In this document: one piece after another, positions 37,340 through 49,745 of the stretch
Numbering within the stretch: the stretch's first letter is position 1
Layout of the letters: every line of letters begins with the position of its first letter
Source: Mustelus asterias
Taxonomy: Eukaryota
Length of the DNA stretch: 59,772 nucleotides
Direction of reading: 5' to 3'
Assembly (NCBI RefSeq): GCF_964213995.1
Contig: NW_027592240.1
Span: 1 to 59,772, forward strand
The notes under the pieces: generated by a model
The model's input: only the letters and a program-made list of their open reading frames with translations
Databases searched by the model: none
What the model was told of the DNA's origin: nothing
Made by a program: the position numbers and the translations under genes

Positions 37340-37799
37340 GGTGCGGGTGTCCCTGTCTCCAGGTTTGTTGTTCAGCTGAGGTGGCCACACAAAGCGTCTG
37401 TACAATCTCTTCCTGGTGTAAATGGTGATGGTCTTTCAAACTATGTAACTGTCACTGGAACACTCTCACCCAGATGTTTGTGTCTTGCTGCTTTTCCAGT
37501 CACACTGATGTTTAAAACTTTCTGAAGCAAACAGAACGGAAAGACATTTCTCCTTCCAGATTCAAAGGCTAATGATATTCAGATCCTGATAATCGAGTGA
37601 CTCTGTCAATTCTTCACTTGATGCTTGATTTGAAATTTGTGTCTGCAAATCCTCCCCCTTTGAAGATCCTGTAAAAGAGGTTTACAAATTTCATCACCGT
37701 CAGTTAAGGATAGAATCTACAATTGGCAGTTGTTAATTTCTATGAAGCATTATTTTCTATCTTGTTCCCCGAAAGCTGTAAATAACTGTCCCACACTCT

Positions 37800-38252
37800 T
37801 GCTGCATTACCTGGAGTATTGTGTGGAGCTTTTGTCTCCTTACTAAAGGAAGGATACACTTGCAATAGAGGGAGTGGAGCAAGGGTTCATTCGACAAATC
37901 CATGGAAGGGTGGAAGTTTCCTCGGAGGAGACTGGGCCTCTATTCTCTCAAAGTTTCGAAGAATGAGGGCTGATCTTCTATAACTCAACTGAGTTGAGGA
38001 GGAACTTCTTCACACAAAGGTTGTGAATCTGTGTAATTCCCTGCCCAGTGAAGCAGTTGAGGCTACCTCATTGAATGTTTTTAAGGCAAGGATAGATAAA
38101 TTTTTGAACAGTAAAGGAATTAAGGGTTGTGGTGAGTGGGTGGGTAAGTGGAGCTGAGTCCACAAAAAAATCAGCCATGATCTTATTGAATGGTGGAGCA
38201 GGCTCAAGGGGCCAGATGGCCCACTCCTGCTCCTAGTTCTGATGTTCTTATA
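37800..38252 (+). mobile_element. CR1 fragments
   Basis: ctggagtattgtgtg...; tail ggggccagatggcccactcctgctcct. Confidence 0.7.
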
Positions 38253-38602
38253 ATAACTCTAGATGTATCAATGTTGTTATGATCCTTATGAATACAATAA
38301 CCTTAACATTAACAAATTCCCAGACAAACCCAATGGAATAAACAAAGGGAAAGATTTCACCTTGCAATAATCAAATTAAAATCAACATCAATGAATCATG
38401 CATTAACAGACAAACAGTATTTAAATAGACAGAGTAAATTTGTCTTTAAAAAGCTCAGACAATAAAACAGGTTCCACAAAATCACAAACATTTCCCCCTC
38501 AGTATATTTGTCTCTAATTCCAGTTCCAGAGAATTTCTCTGTCTCTGTATTTCCCAGGGGGAGAAAGAAAGTGTTTTCCTCACAGATGTTGTCCAGAGGA
38601 TG

Positions 38603-40547
38603 CAGTTTGAGTCTGTGGTGAAGTTTGAGATTGTGTGTGAAGTTTGAGTCTGTGGTGAAGTTTGAGATTGTGTGTGAAGTTTGAGTCTGTGTGTGAAGTT
38701 TGAGTCTGTGTGTGAAGTTTGAGTCTGTGTGTGAAGTTTGAGTCTGTGTGTGAAGTTTGAGTCTGTGTGTGAAGTTTGAGTCTGTGGTGAAGTTTGAGTC
38801 TGTGGTGAAGTTTGAGTCTGTGGTGAAGTTTGAGTCCGTGGTGAAGTTTGAGTCTGTGGTGAAGTTTGAGTCTGTGTGTGAAGTTTGAGTCTGTGGTGAA
38901 GTTTGAGTCTGTGGTGAAGTTTGAGTCTGTGGTGAAGTTTGAGTCTGGTGAAGTTTGAGTCTGTGTGTGAAGTTTGAGTCTGTGTGTGAAGTTTGAGTCT
39001 GTGGTGAAGTTTGAGTCTGTGTGTGAAGTTTGAGTCTGTGTGTGAAGTTTGAGTCTGTGTGTGAAGTTTGAGTCTGTGTGTGAAGTTTGAGTCTGTGTGT
39101 GAAGTTTGAGTCTGTGTGTGAAGTTTGAGTCTGTGTGTGAAGTTTGAGTCTGTGTGTGAAGTTTGAGTCTGTGGTGAAGTTTGAGTCTGTGGTGAAGTTT
39201 GAGTCTGTGGTGAAGTTTGAGTCTGTGGTGAAGTTTGAGTCTGTGATGAAGTTTGAGTCTGTGGTGAAGTTTGAGTCCGTGGTGAAGTTTGAGTCTGTGG
39301 TGAAGTTTGAGTCTGTGTGTGAAGTTTGAGTCTGTGGTGAAGTTTGAGTCTGTGATGAAGTTTGAGTCTGTGATGAAGTTTGAGTCTGTGGTGAAGTTTG
39401 AGTCTGTGGTGAAGTTTGAGTCTGTGGTGAAGTTTGAGTCTGTGGTGAAGTTTGAGTCTGGTGAAGTTTGAGTCTGTGTGTGAAGTTTGAGTCTGTGTGT
39501 GAAGTTTGAGTCTGTGGTGAAGTTTGAGTCTGTGTGTGAAGTTTGAGTCTGTGTGTGAAGTTTGAGTCTGTGTGTGAAGTTTGAGTCTGTGTGTGAAGTT
39601 TGAGTCTGTGTGTGAAGTTTGAGTCTGTGTGTGAAGTTTGAGTCTGTGTGTGAAGTTTGAGTCTGTGTGTGAAGTTTGAGTCTGTGGTGAAGTTTGAGTC
39701 TGTGGTGAAGTTTGAGTCTGTGGTGAAGTTTGAGTCTGGTGAAGTTTGAGTCTGTGTGTGAAGTTTGAGTCTGTGTGTGAAGTTTGAGTCTGTGGTGAAG
39801 TTTGAGTCTGTGTGTGAAGTTTGAGTCTGTGTGTGAAGTTTGAGTCTGTGTGTGAAGTTTGAGTCTGTGTGTGAAGTTTGAGTCTGTGTGTGAAGTTTGA
39901 GTCTGTGTGTGAAGTTTGAGTCTGTGTGTGAAGTTTGAGTCTGTGTGTGAAGTTTGAGTCTGTGGTGAAGTTTGAGTCTGTGGTGAAGTTTGAGTCTGTG
40001 GTGAAGTTTGAGTCTGTGTGTGAAGTTTGAGTCTGTGTGTGAAGTTTGAGTCTGTGTGTGAAGTTTGAGTCTGTGGTGAAGTTTGAGTCTGTGTGTGAAG
40101 TTTGAGTCTGTGTGTGAAGTTTGAGTCTGTGGTGAAGTTTGAGTCTGTGTGTGAAGTTTGAGTCTGTGTGTGAAGTTTGAGTCTGTGTGGTGAAGTTTGA
40201 GTCTGTGGTGAAGTTTGAGTCTGTGGTGAAGTTTGAGTCTGTGTGTGAAGTTTGAGTCTGTGTGTGAAGTTTGAGTCTGTGTGTGAAGTTTGAGTCTGTG
40301 TGTGAAGTTGGAGTCTGTGGTGAAGTTTGAGTCTGTGTGTGAAGTTTGAGTCTGTGGTGAAGTTTGAGTCTGTGTGTGAAGTTTGAGTCTGTGGTGAAGT
40401 TTGCGTCTGTGTGTGAAGTTTGAGTCTGTGGTGAAGTTTGAGTCTGTGGTGAAGTTTGAGTCTGTGTGTGAAGTTTGAGTCTGTGTGTGAAGTTTGAGTC
40501 TGTGGTGAAGTTTGAGTCTGTGTGTGAAGTTTGAGTCTGTGGTGAAG
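38603..40547. repeat. ~2-kb minisatellite of 18/19-bp units (gaagtttgagtctgtggt / gaagtttgagtctgtgtgt), roughly 100 copies
   Basis: Directly visible; rare 16-bp variant at 38941, 39454 and 39732. Confidence 0.97.
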
Positions 40548-40599
40548 CTACAAACAGAAGCTGTTCTGTTTCAAATCAAACTGCGGGACTTGGAAGAAA

Positions 40600-41135
40600 A
40601 TGATGGGAGGAGATTTTGCAAAGTCCCCTCCCCCACTCCCTCAGCTGGCAGCCCAGCACGCAGGCGCAGAGAGCGCTGCTGAGCCGATCTGTCCGGAGCA
40701 GGCGCAGAGAGCGCTGCTGAGCCGAGCTGTCCGGAGCAGGCGCAGAGAGTGCTGCTGAGCCGAGCTGTCCGGAGCAGGCGCAGTGCGGCTGCCGCCAGCG
40801 GTCGTTCTCGGTCTCTTTTTGGAGCCGTAGCCGCCGGAGAAAGAGGGGGGAGGGGGAGATCACCGAGCGGCTTCTCGCTCTGGCCGGAGCCGCCAGCCGG
40901 TTGCCTGGAAACCGTGGCTGGAGGAGGTGCAGGAGGAGGGGAACAATGGGTGGGGGCGGGGCTCCCGTCTCCGCGGCCCCCGGGCCTGCGCACTGGAACC
41001 CGAGGATGTCACTGCGGTGCAGGCTGGTTCCTATTGGCTGATATAGGCAGGCCTCCATTGACGTCACAATGCGGAAGTTTGTTGATGATTTTCAGAGTGA
41101 AACTCCCTCCTCTGGACAACATCTGGGAGGAAATC
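40600..41135. promoter_or_regulatory. Bidirectional CpG-island promoter between divergent zinc-finger genes
   Basis: GC box, CCAAT (ctattgg), CRE TGACGTCA at ~41059, ETS cggaag; exon-1-like ctctggacaacatct on both arms (38584-38600 reverse; 41110-41124). Confidence 0.75.
40660..40784. repeat. 38-bp tandem repeat, ~3.3 copies, within the promoter
   Basis: gcaggcgcag at 40660, 40698, 40736 and 40774. Confidence 0.9.
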
Positions 41136-41896
41136 AATGTTTCCCCCTTTCCATTTCTTTTCTCATTCTGGGGGAAACTGGGGACTTGCAGCTACTGAAG
41201 GGAAAGGAAGTGAATCCAGGGAGGCTGCAGACTCTGGAACGATTACAGACGAACATCGGAATTAGCAGGATTAGGCCCAGGTATCTTTTTCTTTCTCAAA
41301 GATATTGACATCTTTTGGCTCCCTCAGGTTGTCGCATTTATTTATCTGGCTAATAGGATAGCCTCTTACCTAATGTTCACAATTAAAGGGGGAGTTTTCC
41401 CAGGAGAAGGCTGTTTGAATGAACAGTAAATTCGCCTGGGACAGAGATATGTTTAATGTAGTTATATGGTACGTGCTATGTTATTTATGAATCCCTATTT
41501 CTCGTCTTGATATATAAAAGGCACTGTGTCAACGTTACCTATTTCCACTGATGGAGACATTACAACACAAAAGGAATCCATTTGGCAACTCAAATCCATG
41601 CCAACCCTCTTTGGAGCAATTCAGCCAGTCCCATTCCCTCTCTATATTCCCATTCCCCTGAGTTTCACATCAGAATGGAATGGATGAGAATTCTAGATGA
41701 GCTGAGACTGGGGTGGAGTCGGGCGATGTCACTGAGATGGAAATAGTGATGATGATGTGGACATGTGGCTGGAAGCTCATCTTGGGGTGAAATATTTCAC
41801 CAGGGTTGTGAACAGCCTGGTTCAGGTCAGACATGTTGCCAGGAAGAGGGATAGAGTTGTTGGCGAGCAAGTGGAGATTGGAGAGGGGACTGAAGA

Positions 41897-42372
41897 CAAA
41901 GAACAAAGAACAGTACAGCACAGGAAACAGGCCCTTCGGCCCTCCAAGCCTGTGCCACTCCTTGGTCCAACTAGACCAATCGTTTGTATCCCTCCATTCC
42001 CAGGCTGCTCATGTGACTATCCAGGTAAGTCTTAAACGATGTCAGCGTGCCTGCCTCCACCACCCTACTTGGCAGCGCATTCCAGGCCCCCACCACCCTC
42101 TGTGTAAAAAACGTCCCTCTGATGTCTGAGTTATACTTCGCCCCTCTCAGCTTGAGCCCGTGACCCCTCGTGATCGTCACCTCCGACCTGGGAAAAAGCT
42201 TCCCACTGTTCACCCTATCTATACCCTTCATAATCTTGTATACCTCTATTAGATCTCCCCTCATTCTCCGTCTTTCCAAGGAGAACAACCCCAGTCTACC
42301 CAATCTCTCCTCATAGCTAAGACCCTCCATACCAGGCAACATCCTGGTAAACCTTCTCTGCACTCTCTCCAA
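41897..42372 (-). mobile_element. CR1 3' end, young, nested in an older LINE
   Basis: ERVQRRFTRMLPGMEGLSYEERLGRLGLFSLERRRMRGDLIE. Confidence 0.9.
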
Positions 42373-42955
42373 TGTTCAGTGGGTTCAGTCTTCCCAGTAT
42401 TTATATGAAAGAAATTTCTGTTCGTTTAGTACTGGAAGTCAGATAAGTCAGGATGGTGTGTGGGTTGGAGGAACTCGGAGGTGATGGTGTTTATACCCAT
42501 CTGCTATCTTGGTCCTTCCAGTTGGTGGAGTTGAGGGTTTGTGAGATTCTGTCAAAGTTCTTGTCAAGTTGTAGATGTATAAAATTCCTTGCCTTCACCT
42601 CAGCCACTCCTACTTCTCTCTATCTCCTCCCAAAGTCCTGTGTAGACCCAGGCTGTGTGGCAGGTTTCATTCCCTGAAGGATATCAGTGAACCAGTTGGG
42701 TTTGTATGACAATCCAGCAGCTTTCTTGGTTACCCTTTCCTCACGGCAGCTCCACAAATGAGCAGATTCATTCAGCTCAATTTCACAACCCACCGTTGTG
42801 TTTTTGTGGGTTCTTTCTCACTCACTTTTTTCTGTTTTAAATCAATTTCACAGGGGTTCACAAGAAGAAGATTTGCAGTTGAGAAACTGAAACAAAACAT
42901 GATATCAGAATCTGATGAGTCGGCCAATTTATTGTAACCTGAATATCATTGCATT

Positions 42956-43918
42956 TTGAAATTGGAAGAGAAAAGCACCACTCACAGTGGGGAGAAACTG
43001 TACATGTGTTCTGTTTGTGGACAAGACTTCAACCAATCATCTGGCCTTTGGGAACATAATTGCAGTCACAACAGGGAGATGGCATGGAAGTGTGAGGATT
43101 GTGGGAAGGAATTCAATTACCCATCCCTGCTGGAAACTCATCGACGCAGTCACACTGGGGAGAGGCCATTCACCTGCTCCCAGTGTGGGAAGGGATTCAC
43201 TCAGTTATCCAGCTTACATATACACCAGAGGACTCATGCTGAGGAGAGGCCATTCACCTGCTCCCAATGTGGGAAGGGATTCAATCAGTCATCCAACCTA
43301 GCAATACACCAGCGTGTTCACACTGGGGAGAAACCGTTCACCTGCTCTGAATGTGGGAAGGGATTTTCTCACTCATCCACTCTGCTGATACACCAGCGAA
43401 CTCACACTCAGGAGAGGCCATTCACTTGCTCCCAGTGTGGGAAGGGATTTGCTGACTCATCTACTTTGTTGAAACACCAGCGAGTTCACACTGGGGAGAG
43501 GCCATTCACCTGTTCCCAGTGTGGAAAGGGATTTGCTCAGTCAGCCACCTTGTTCACACACCAGCGAATTCACACTGGGGAGAGGCCATTCACCTGCTCT
43601 GTGTGTGGGAAAGGATTCAGTCGCTCATCAACTCTGCTGACACACCAGCGAGTTCACACTGGGGAGAAACCATTCATCTGCTGTGTGTGTGGGAAAGGAT
43701 TCAATCACTCATCCAACCTAGCAATACACCAGCGAATCCACACAGAGGAGAGGCCATTCATCTGTTGTGTGTGTGAGAAGGGATTCAATCAGTCCTCTAA
43801 ACTAGCAATACATCAGCGGGTTCACACTGGGGAGAGGCCGTTCACCTGCTTGCAGTGTGGGAAGGGATACGTTACCTCATCGAATCTTCTGACGCACCAG
43901 CGAATTCACAAGTTGTGA
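42956..43918 (+). CDS. Tandem C2H2 zinc-finger protein, 11 fingers; start uncertain (first in-frame ATG at 43004)
   Basis: Open reading frame with canonical linkers; acceptor tcacag at 42853. Confidence 0.88.
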   Translation: MKLEEKSTTHSGEKLYMCSVCGQDFNQSSGLWEHNCSHNREMAWKCEDCGKEFNYPSLLETHRRSHTGERPFTCSQCGKGFTQLSSLHIHQRTHAEERPFTCSQCGKGFNQSSNLAIHQRVHTGEKPFTCSECGKGFSHSSTLLIHQRTHTQERPFTCSQCGKGFADSSTLLKHQRVHTGERPFTCSQCGKGFAQSATLFTHQRIHTGERPFTCSVCGKGFSRSSTLLTHQRVHTGEKPFICCVCGKGFNHSSNLAIHQRIHTEERPFICCVCEKGFNQSSKLAIHQRVHTGERPFTCLQCGKGYVTSSNLLTHQRIHKL

Positions 43919-43934
43919 TTGGATTTCAAATTAG

Positions 43935-44690
43935 GGAGAAACCATGAAAATGTGCAGACCGTGAGGAGAGTTTCAGTTACCCGTCAGAGCTGGAAGCACA
44001 CCGGGGACTGTTTGAAGATGGAGGGTTTCTACAAGCTGCTCTAAGACTTGTCTTCTCTCTGAAAGCTTCAGGACAGTCTATACTCATTATAGCAAGTATA
44101 TTTATGGTTTCTCACTGTAACTGAAGTGGGATCTACATCTCTGAGGAATGTTGCATATTTGGAACTGAAATTGTGCTAAATTAGAAATTAAAGTTGTTTC
44201 CTTTCACTTTTAAATATTGTTCAACTGTTAATAGTTAAGCTGCTTCATTTTTTGGAATTATATTCAAGCTGTTGTTAAATAAAGTTTGTTTTACCATGAA
44301 AGATTCCTAATTTGTCAGTGGAATTACTCCTGAAGTGAAGCATCCGATCCTCACATTTATGCCAAAATCGAAAAATTTGTTTGGATCTAATCTGGCTTCC
44401 GAACATAATTTATGGGTTCTGGTCCAGGACACTTTTGGAAGGGATTCACTCCATAATCTACCCTCCAACCACCCCCGCTTCACTCTGGGGAGAGACCTTT
44501 TAAATGCCCAGACTGTGAGAACTGCTATAAAAGCTGTAGAGAACTGATGTCTCATCAACGTGTTCACACTAATGAGAGAGCATTCAGCTGCTTTTACTGT
44601 GAGACGTGGTTCAGGGAATCCCTGTACACCAGCGAGTTCACACTGGGGAGAGGCTATTCACCTGCTCTGAGTTTGGGAAGAGATCCACTC
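43935..44690 (+). pseudogene. Decayed zinc-finger remnants split by an LTR-like insert (~44010-44430)
   Basis: gagaaaccatgaaaatgt; ggaagggattcact; caccagcgagttcacactggggagagg with stops. Confidence 0.65.
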
Positions 44691-45976
44691 AGTTTTGAGG
44701 TTCGATTTCCAGTATCTGCAGTATCTTATTTTGATCTGATTTTTTGTTTGATTTATTATTGTCGCATGTATTGGGATACAGTGAAAAGTATTGTTTATTG
44801 TGCGCTTTGCAGACAAAACCTACCGTTCCAGCATTTTCTGTTTTAGTTCCTTTTGAAGGGTTCTCCCTCTCTCCTCCATCCTCACCGACAACAGCAAGTC
44901 TGAGGAGCTCATGAAGCTCCTTTGTCACTAAGATTGAGACAGTCTGATCAGCTGCCTCTGCTGTTTCCCTCGCTTCCATTGGGTCAATATGTGTTTAAAA
45001 ATTTGCCCAACCCTAAACTCATCTTGCTTTAGTTTCTCTCTGTCAAGCAGTCGATTTAGTAACCTATATTTGTATTGTTGGATATTAGAAATAAGATATA
45101 CATTTAAGTGAGTTTAATTCGGTGTTTCTGTGTACAGAAGGGTTAAAACTTTCATAGATTAATGTTAAATAAAGGTGTTTGCATGTATGGGGTTTTGGTT
45201 TCATTTCAAACTGTGCCTGTATTGTGTTCAGAGAGTTTACAATGTGAAAACACACATAAGTAAAGACTAGGTAAGGAAAGACTTGGCAACCAGTGGCCAT
45301 TTTGGGTCAGAAATAATTTTTGAGTTAGCTGAAGAGGAAACTGCCAGAACCATTAGGCAGAACAATGGAGTAAGGGCAAGAAAGAAAGTCCCAGAAGTTG
45401 AAGAACAGATAGTTCCAGAAACCAGGGAATGAAAAAGGTCTGAGGAAAACTGAAGTCAAAGGGAATCTGAACAAGATACTGTTCCCTGAAGTTAAAGAAA
45501 GGTGTAGAGAGAGGCTTCCAGTTAAAGGCAACACACCTGGTGAAGTTGGCTGGCAAAAAGCCAGAATCTGAAGTAATCCTAAGGTTGGGACTTTGGTACC
45601 ACCTGTGAAACAGTGGTGTTCTGGTGATATGGCTGGGTACCTGAGAGATTGTGTGGAAGCTTGAGTGCATGTGATAATCTGAGGCAGAAGAATAGTGAAA
45701 GGAGAGATTGAAATCCTGGAAGTGGATCCTTGCTGAAAAGATCTGAGAGAGTGCGTTGTTTGGGAGAACATTTTTGAGAGTGGATCTGATTGATGAAAAT
45801 TTCTGTGCACCAATTTCAATGACAATGTTGTAATTTGTAATTTTACACATGACAGAATCTCAGTGTGATTACTCAGCATCAGGTTATACTCTGACCGGTG
45901 CAGTGCAAATGGTGGAACTTACTGATCAAGAACCGGTCAGAGATTACATTGAATCACAGAGAATTCTCTCATTCTT

Positions 45977-46290
45977 GGGCGACATGGTGACACAGTGGTT
46001 AGCGCTGCTGACTCACAGTGCCAGGGTCCCAGGTTCGAATCCCGGCTTGGGTCACTGTCTGTGTGGAGTTTGCACATTCTCCCCGTGTCTGCATGGGTTT
46101 GCTCCGGTTTCCTTCCACAGTCCAAAGGTGTGTGGGTTAGGTGGATTGGCCATGCTAAATTGCCCTGAGTGTCAGGGGGGCTAGCTAGGGTAAATGCACG
46201 AGGTTATGGGGAAAGGGCCTGGGTGGGATTGTGGTGGGTGCAGACTCAATGGGCCGAATGGCCTCCTTCGACACTATAGGGATTCTATGA
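45977..46290 (+). mobile_element. HE1 SINE
   Basis: Head, core and HER1-derived tail. Confidence 0.9.
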
Positions 46291-47799
46291 ATATCCAGAC
46301 CAGAAAGACATTGTTCGGTTTAACTAGTCTGTGCTGGTGTTTATATTTCATACAAGACACCTCCCATTCCATCTCCCTCATTTCAGCCTTTCAGCTCATC
46401 TTTCTAATCTCCTTTCCCTCACGTACTCATCACATTTTCTTTTTAAACGATGAGTTGTCCAGCTAGTTCCTGTGGCAGTGAATTTCACATTGTGATCAAT
46501 CTCTGAGTATAGATGGTGAGTGACTTGGAGGGGAACGTGCAGGTGATGATGTTCCCATGCATTTGCTGCCCTTCTCCAAGGTGCTCGAGGTTGCGGGTTT
46601 GCAAGATGCTGTCAAAGAAGCCTTGGTGAGTGCTTGCAGTGCATCTTGTAGGTGGTACACCTCCAGCTGCCATGTGAGTCAATGTTGGAGGGAGTAGATG
46701 TTTGTAGAAGGATTGCCAATCAAGCTGCTTTGTCTTGGATGGTGTTGAGCTTCCTGAGTTGTTGGAGCTGCACTAATTCAGAAAATTGGAGCTTATTCAA
46801 TTAGACACAAGAGTTGTGCCTTGTAGATGCTGGAGTTTGGGGAGAAGGATTAAACAGACCTTTTAGTGGAAAATTCACCTGATCTGGCCCAGACACCACG
46901 AGGAGATGGAAATGGGATGTGTTATGATTCTCAATTGAAACCCTACCCAACTGAAAAAGTGAACTTTGAAGACTCGAACACGGAGGGAGGGATGTCTGTT
47001 AGTGTTCTTCAGCAGTGGAAGTGGGGATCAGGATTGCGCTGGAAGAACAGGAGTGATGGTGAAATGAGTCAGCAAATAGGGAACGGTTATTTAACCACCA
47101 GCTCAGGTTACTGAAGCCTGAATATTGTGGGAGAGAAAAGGTGAGAGTGTTGCAGAGTTTAAAGTGGAACAAGAGAGCTTTAAGCTGGTGGAGTCAGTGA
47201 AATCTGAGTCTCGGTTTTGTCTCCTGTCATTTCATGGAGGCCCCGTTTTGCTGAAACCAATAGAGAAAACGCTGGAAAATCTCAGCAGGTCTGGCAGCAT
47301 CTGTCAGGAGAGAAAAGAGCTGACGTTGATGACCCTTTGTCAAACCCTTTTCTCTTTTGGTTTCAGATTCCAGTATCTGCAGTAATTTGCTTTTATCCCA
47401 TTTTGCTGAAACACTTTATTTCCACAGTTACAGAATCAGTGAAAAGACATTGCACATTCTTCACAGCAGCATCAAACTCACACTGACTGTTTCCTCACTC
47501 ACCTCGAGGTTATCGATTCGCCTCCGGCCTCTTCCGTTCACTCCTGCTTCGGGTGTGGTCTCAGAATGGGGAGGGGGAGGATTAGTGACCACCTCCCCGC
47601 ACCCCCCTCCCCCCCACAAACACACACAAAGAGGAACGACTCAAACACAATCATTAAATAAAGTGAACACACGCACGCACACACCAAACGTGTATGTGCT
47701 CGCACACAGGTACACACACACACACATGAACTGAAATGCGTGTACACCCACATAGACACACACAGTCATAGACACAAGCGTGCCTGCTCACAGACAAAG

Positions 47800-48450
47800 T
47801 CGTAGAATTCCTACAGTGCAGAAGAGACCATTCAGCCCTTTGAGTCTGCACTGACTCTCTGACAGAGCATCTTACCCGGGCCCTATTCCCGTAACCCCAT
47901 ATATTTACCCCACTAATCACTCTGATCTACATATTTTGTTACATAAAGCAGCAATTTAGCATGGTCAATCCACCTAACCAGCACATATTGAAGTTTGGGA
48001 GGAAACCAGAGCCTCCGGAGGAAACCCATGCAGACACGGGGAGAACGTGCCAACTCCACACAGACACAGGGGCGGCACAATGGGGAGCACTGCTGCCTCA
48101 CAGAACCAGGGACCTGGGTTCAAATCAAGCCTCAGGTTGTGTGAGGTTTGTGCATTCTCCCCGTGTCTGTGAGAGTTTCCTCCAGTTGCTCCGGTTTCCA
48201 CCGACACTCCAAAGACGTGCGATTTAGGTGGATTGGCCGTGCTAAATTGCCCCTTAGTGTCGGGGATATTATCAGTGTAAATACGTGGGGTTATGGGGAT
48301 AGGGCCTGGGTGGGGTTGTTGTTGGTGCTGGCTCGGTGGGCCGATTGGTCTCTTTCTGCACTGTCGGGATTCTATGATTTATCCAAGGCTGGAATCGAAC
48401 CCAGGGCCCTGGCGCTGTGAGAGTAACCACCGTGCCACCATGCCGCCCAG
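47800..48450. mobile_element. HE1 (-) split by a nested HE1 (+, ~48069-48378)
   Basis: Minus copy stops at cacacagaca and resumes at ccaaggctggaatcgaaccc. Confidence 0.8.
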
Positions 48451-48559
48451 GTGGGCACACAGACAGCTGCACACACTACACTGTCAATCACCTGCCTCCA
48501 GCTGTCAGTGCTGAGGAAGTGAAACCAAGCTCCCCCCCCTCCTCACTCACTGCTGTGTC

Positions 48560-48780
48560 AGGTGGATAGTAAAATCCCACGGCCACTACTGGATGGAGCG
48601 AAGGAGAGCTCCCGCTGGTTTCCGAGGGCCGATCTTTATCCTTCAAACAGCCTAACATTTGGTGGTTATCCGACAGTTTGTGGGATCTGCTGTGTGCAGT
48701 GCCTGCCGGGTTTCCCAGGTGAACAGCAGTGACTGTGTTTTGGAAACAGGAAGCTGCTGTGTTGATTCAGAGTGCTCTGG
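48560..48780 (+). mobile_element. Ancient DeuSINE (SacSINE1-like) remnant
   Basis: gtaaaatcccacggccacta...tttatccttcaa...gtttgtgggatctgctgtgtgca...aacagcagtgact resembles the Deu domain as recalled. Confidence 0.5.
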
Positions 48781-49371
48781 AACAGCCCAGAACAAGCACA
48801 GGAGCTAAATCATTCCCTCCTTTCGATGTTCCCTCCTGCCGTTCTGTAGGAAGAGATGGTGACTGCACAGCAAGATCCCACAAGGCACGATGCAACACAC
48901 AGTCAGGGAACTTAATTTCAGAGACGGTTTGAGGGACCCCTGGGAGAACCTGTTACAGCAGCTTGAATCTCAGGAACAGGTTACACAAATCTGTGACCTT
49001 CTGACCTGGGTGAGAGAGAGAATGAGAGGCACCAGGATAAGCCTGGAATGACTGATCCAGGAACTTCCAGTCCCATCGTCAACTCCAACAGGTCCCTTAT
49101 CCGAGGCTCAGCAAAGGGGGTCAACATGATAAACAACTGAATCCCCAGTGAAAAAATACACAGTCCCTGCTGTCAATATCTCCGGCCATTCCACATCGGT
49201 CACAGGTACACGGGCTAGTGTCTATCTCTGTGTGTGTGTGGAGGGGACAGTGATGGGAGGGCATGTTACCTACAGAAAGCCTGGTCCCAGGTTAGCCAGA
49301 CGGCAGGTTGTATCCGGTGTCGATCGTCCTCAGGCCGTGTCTCAGCGAGCGATAGTAGGAGAGTGGGACCA

Positions 49372-49407
49372 TCACAGGACCAGGCCCCCGCCCGTGTTCT
49401 CCACTCT
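49372..49407 (-). CDS. EMC4: EMC4 coding exon 5 (RVENTGGGLVL*)
   Basis: Acceptor ttcacacag; matches the EMC4 C-terminus RMEFSGGGLLL. Confidence 0.9.
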   Translation of the reverse strand, partial: RVENTGGGLVL

Positions 49408-49487
49408 CTGTGTGAAAGAAGAAGGTGGTAAGAATCGGAGTGGGAATAGCTTCTGTCGAGCCTGCTCCACTATTCATCATCAACCTC

Positions 49488-49745
49488 ATCTCCACTTTCC
49501 CTGCAGTCTTCCCAATCCCTCAATTCCCAAAGATATCCCCACTTTCTGCACACTCCTCCCCATCCCATAATTCCCAAAGATATCCCCACTTTCCCTGCAC
49601 TCCTCTCCATCCCTCAATTCCCAAAGATATCTCCACTTTCCGCACACTCCTCCCCATAGATATCCCCACTTTCCCCGCACTCCTCCCCATTCTTCAATTC
49701 CCAAAGACATCCCCACTTTCCCTGCACTCTTCCCCCATCCCTCAT
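49488..49745. repeat. ~45-bp intronic tandem repeat, ~5-6 copies
   Basis: aattcccaaagatatccccactttc recurs. Confidence 0.85.

Noticed and set aside
38603-40547. CRISPR-like array or (VKFESV)n protein
   Set aside because: No unique spacers and no cas genes; the ORF is a by-product of the 18-bp unit
45325-45879. 184-aa minus-strand ORF
   Set aside because: No recognisable motif; lies in LTR-like non-coding sequence
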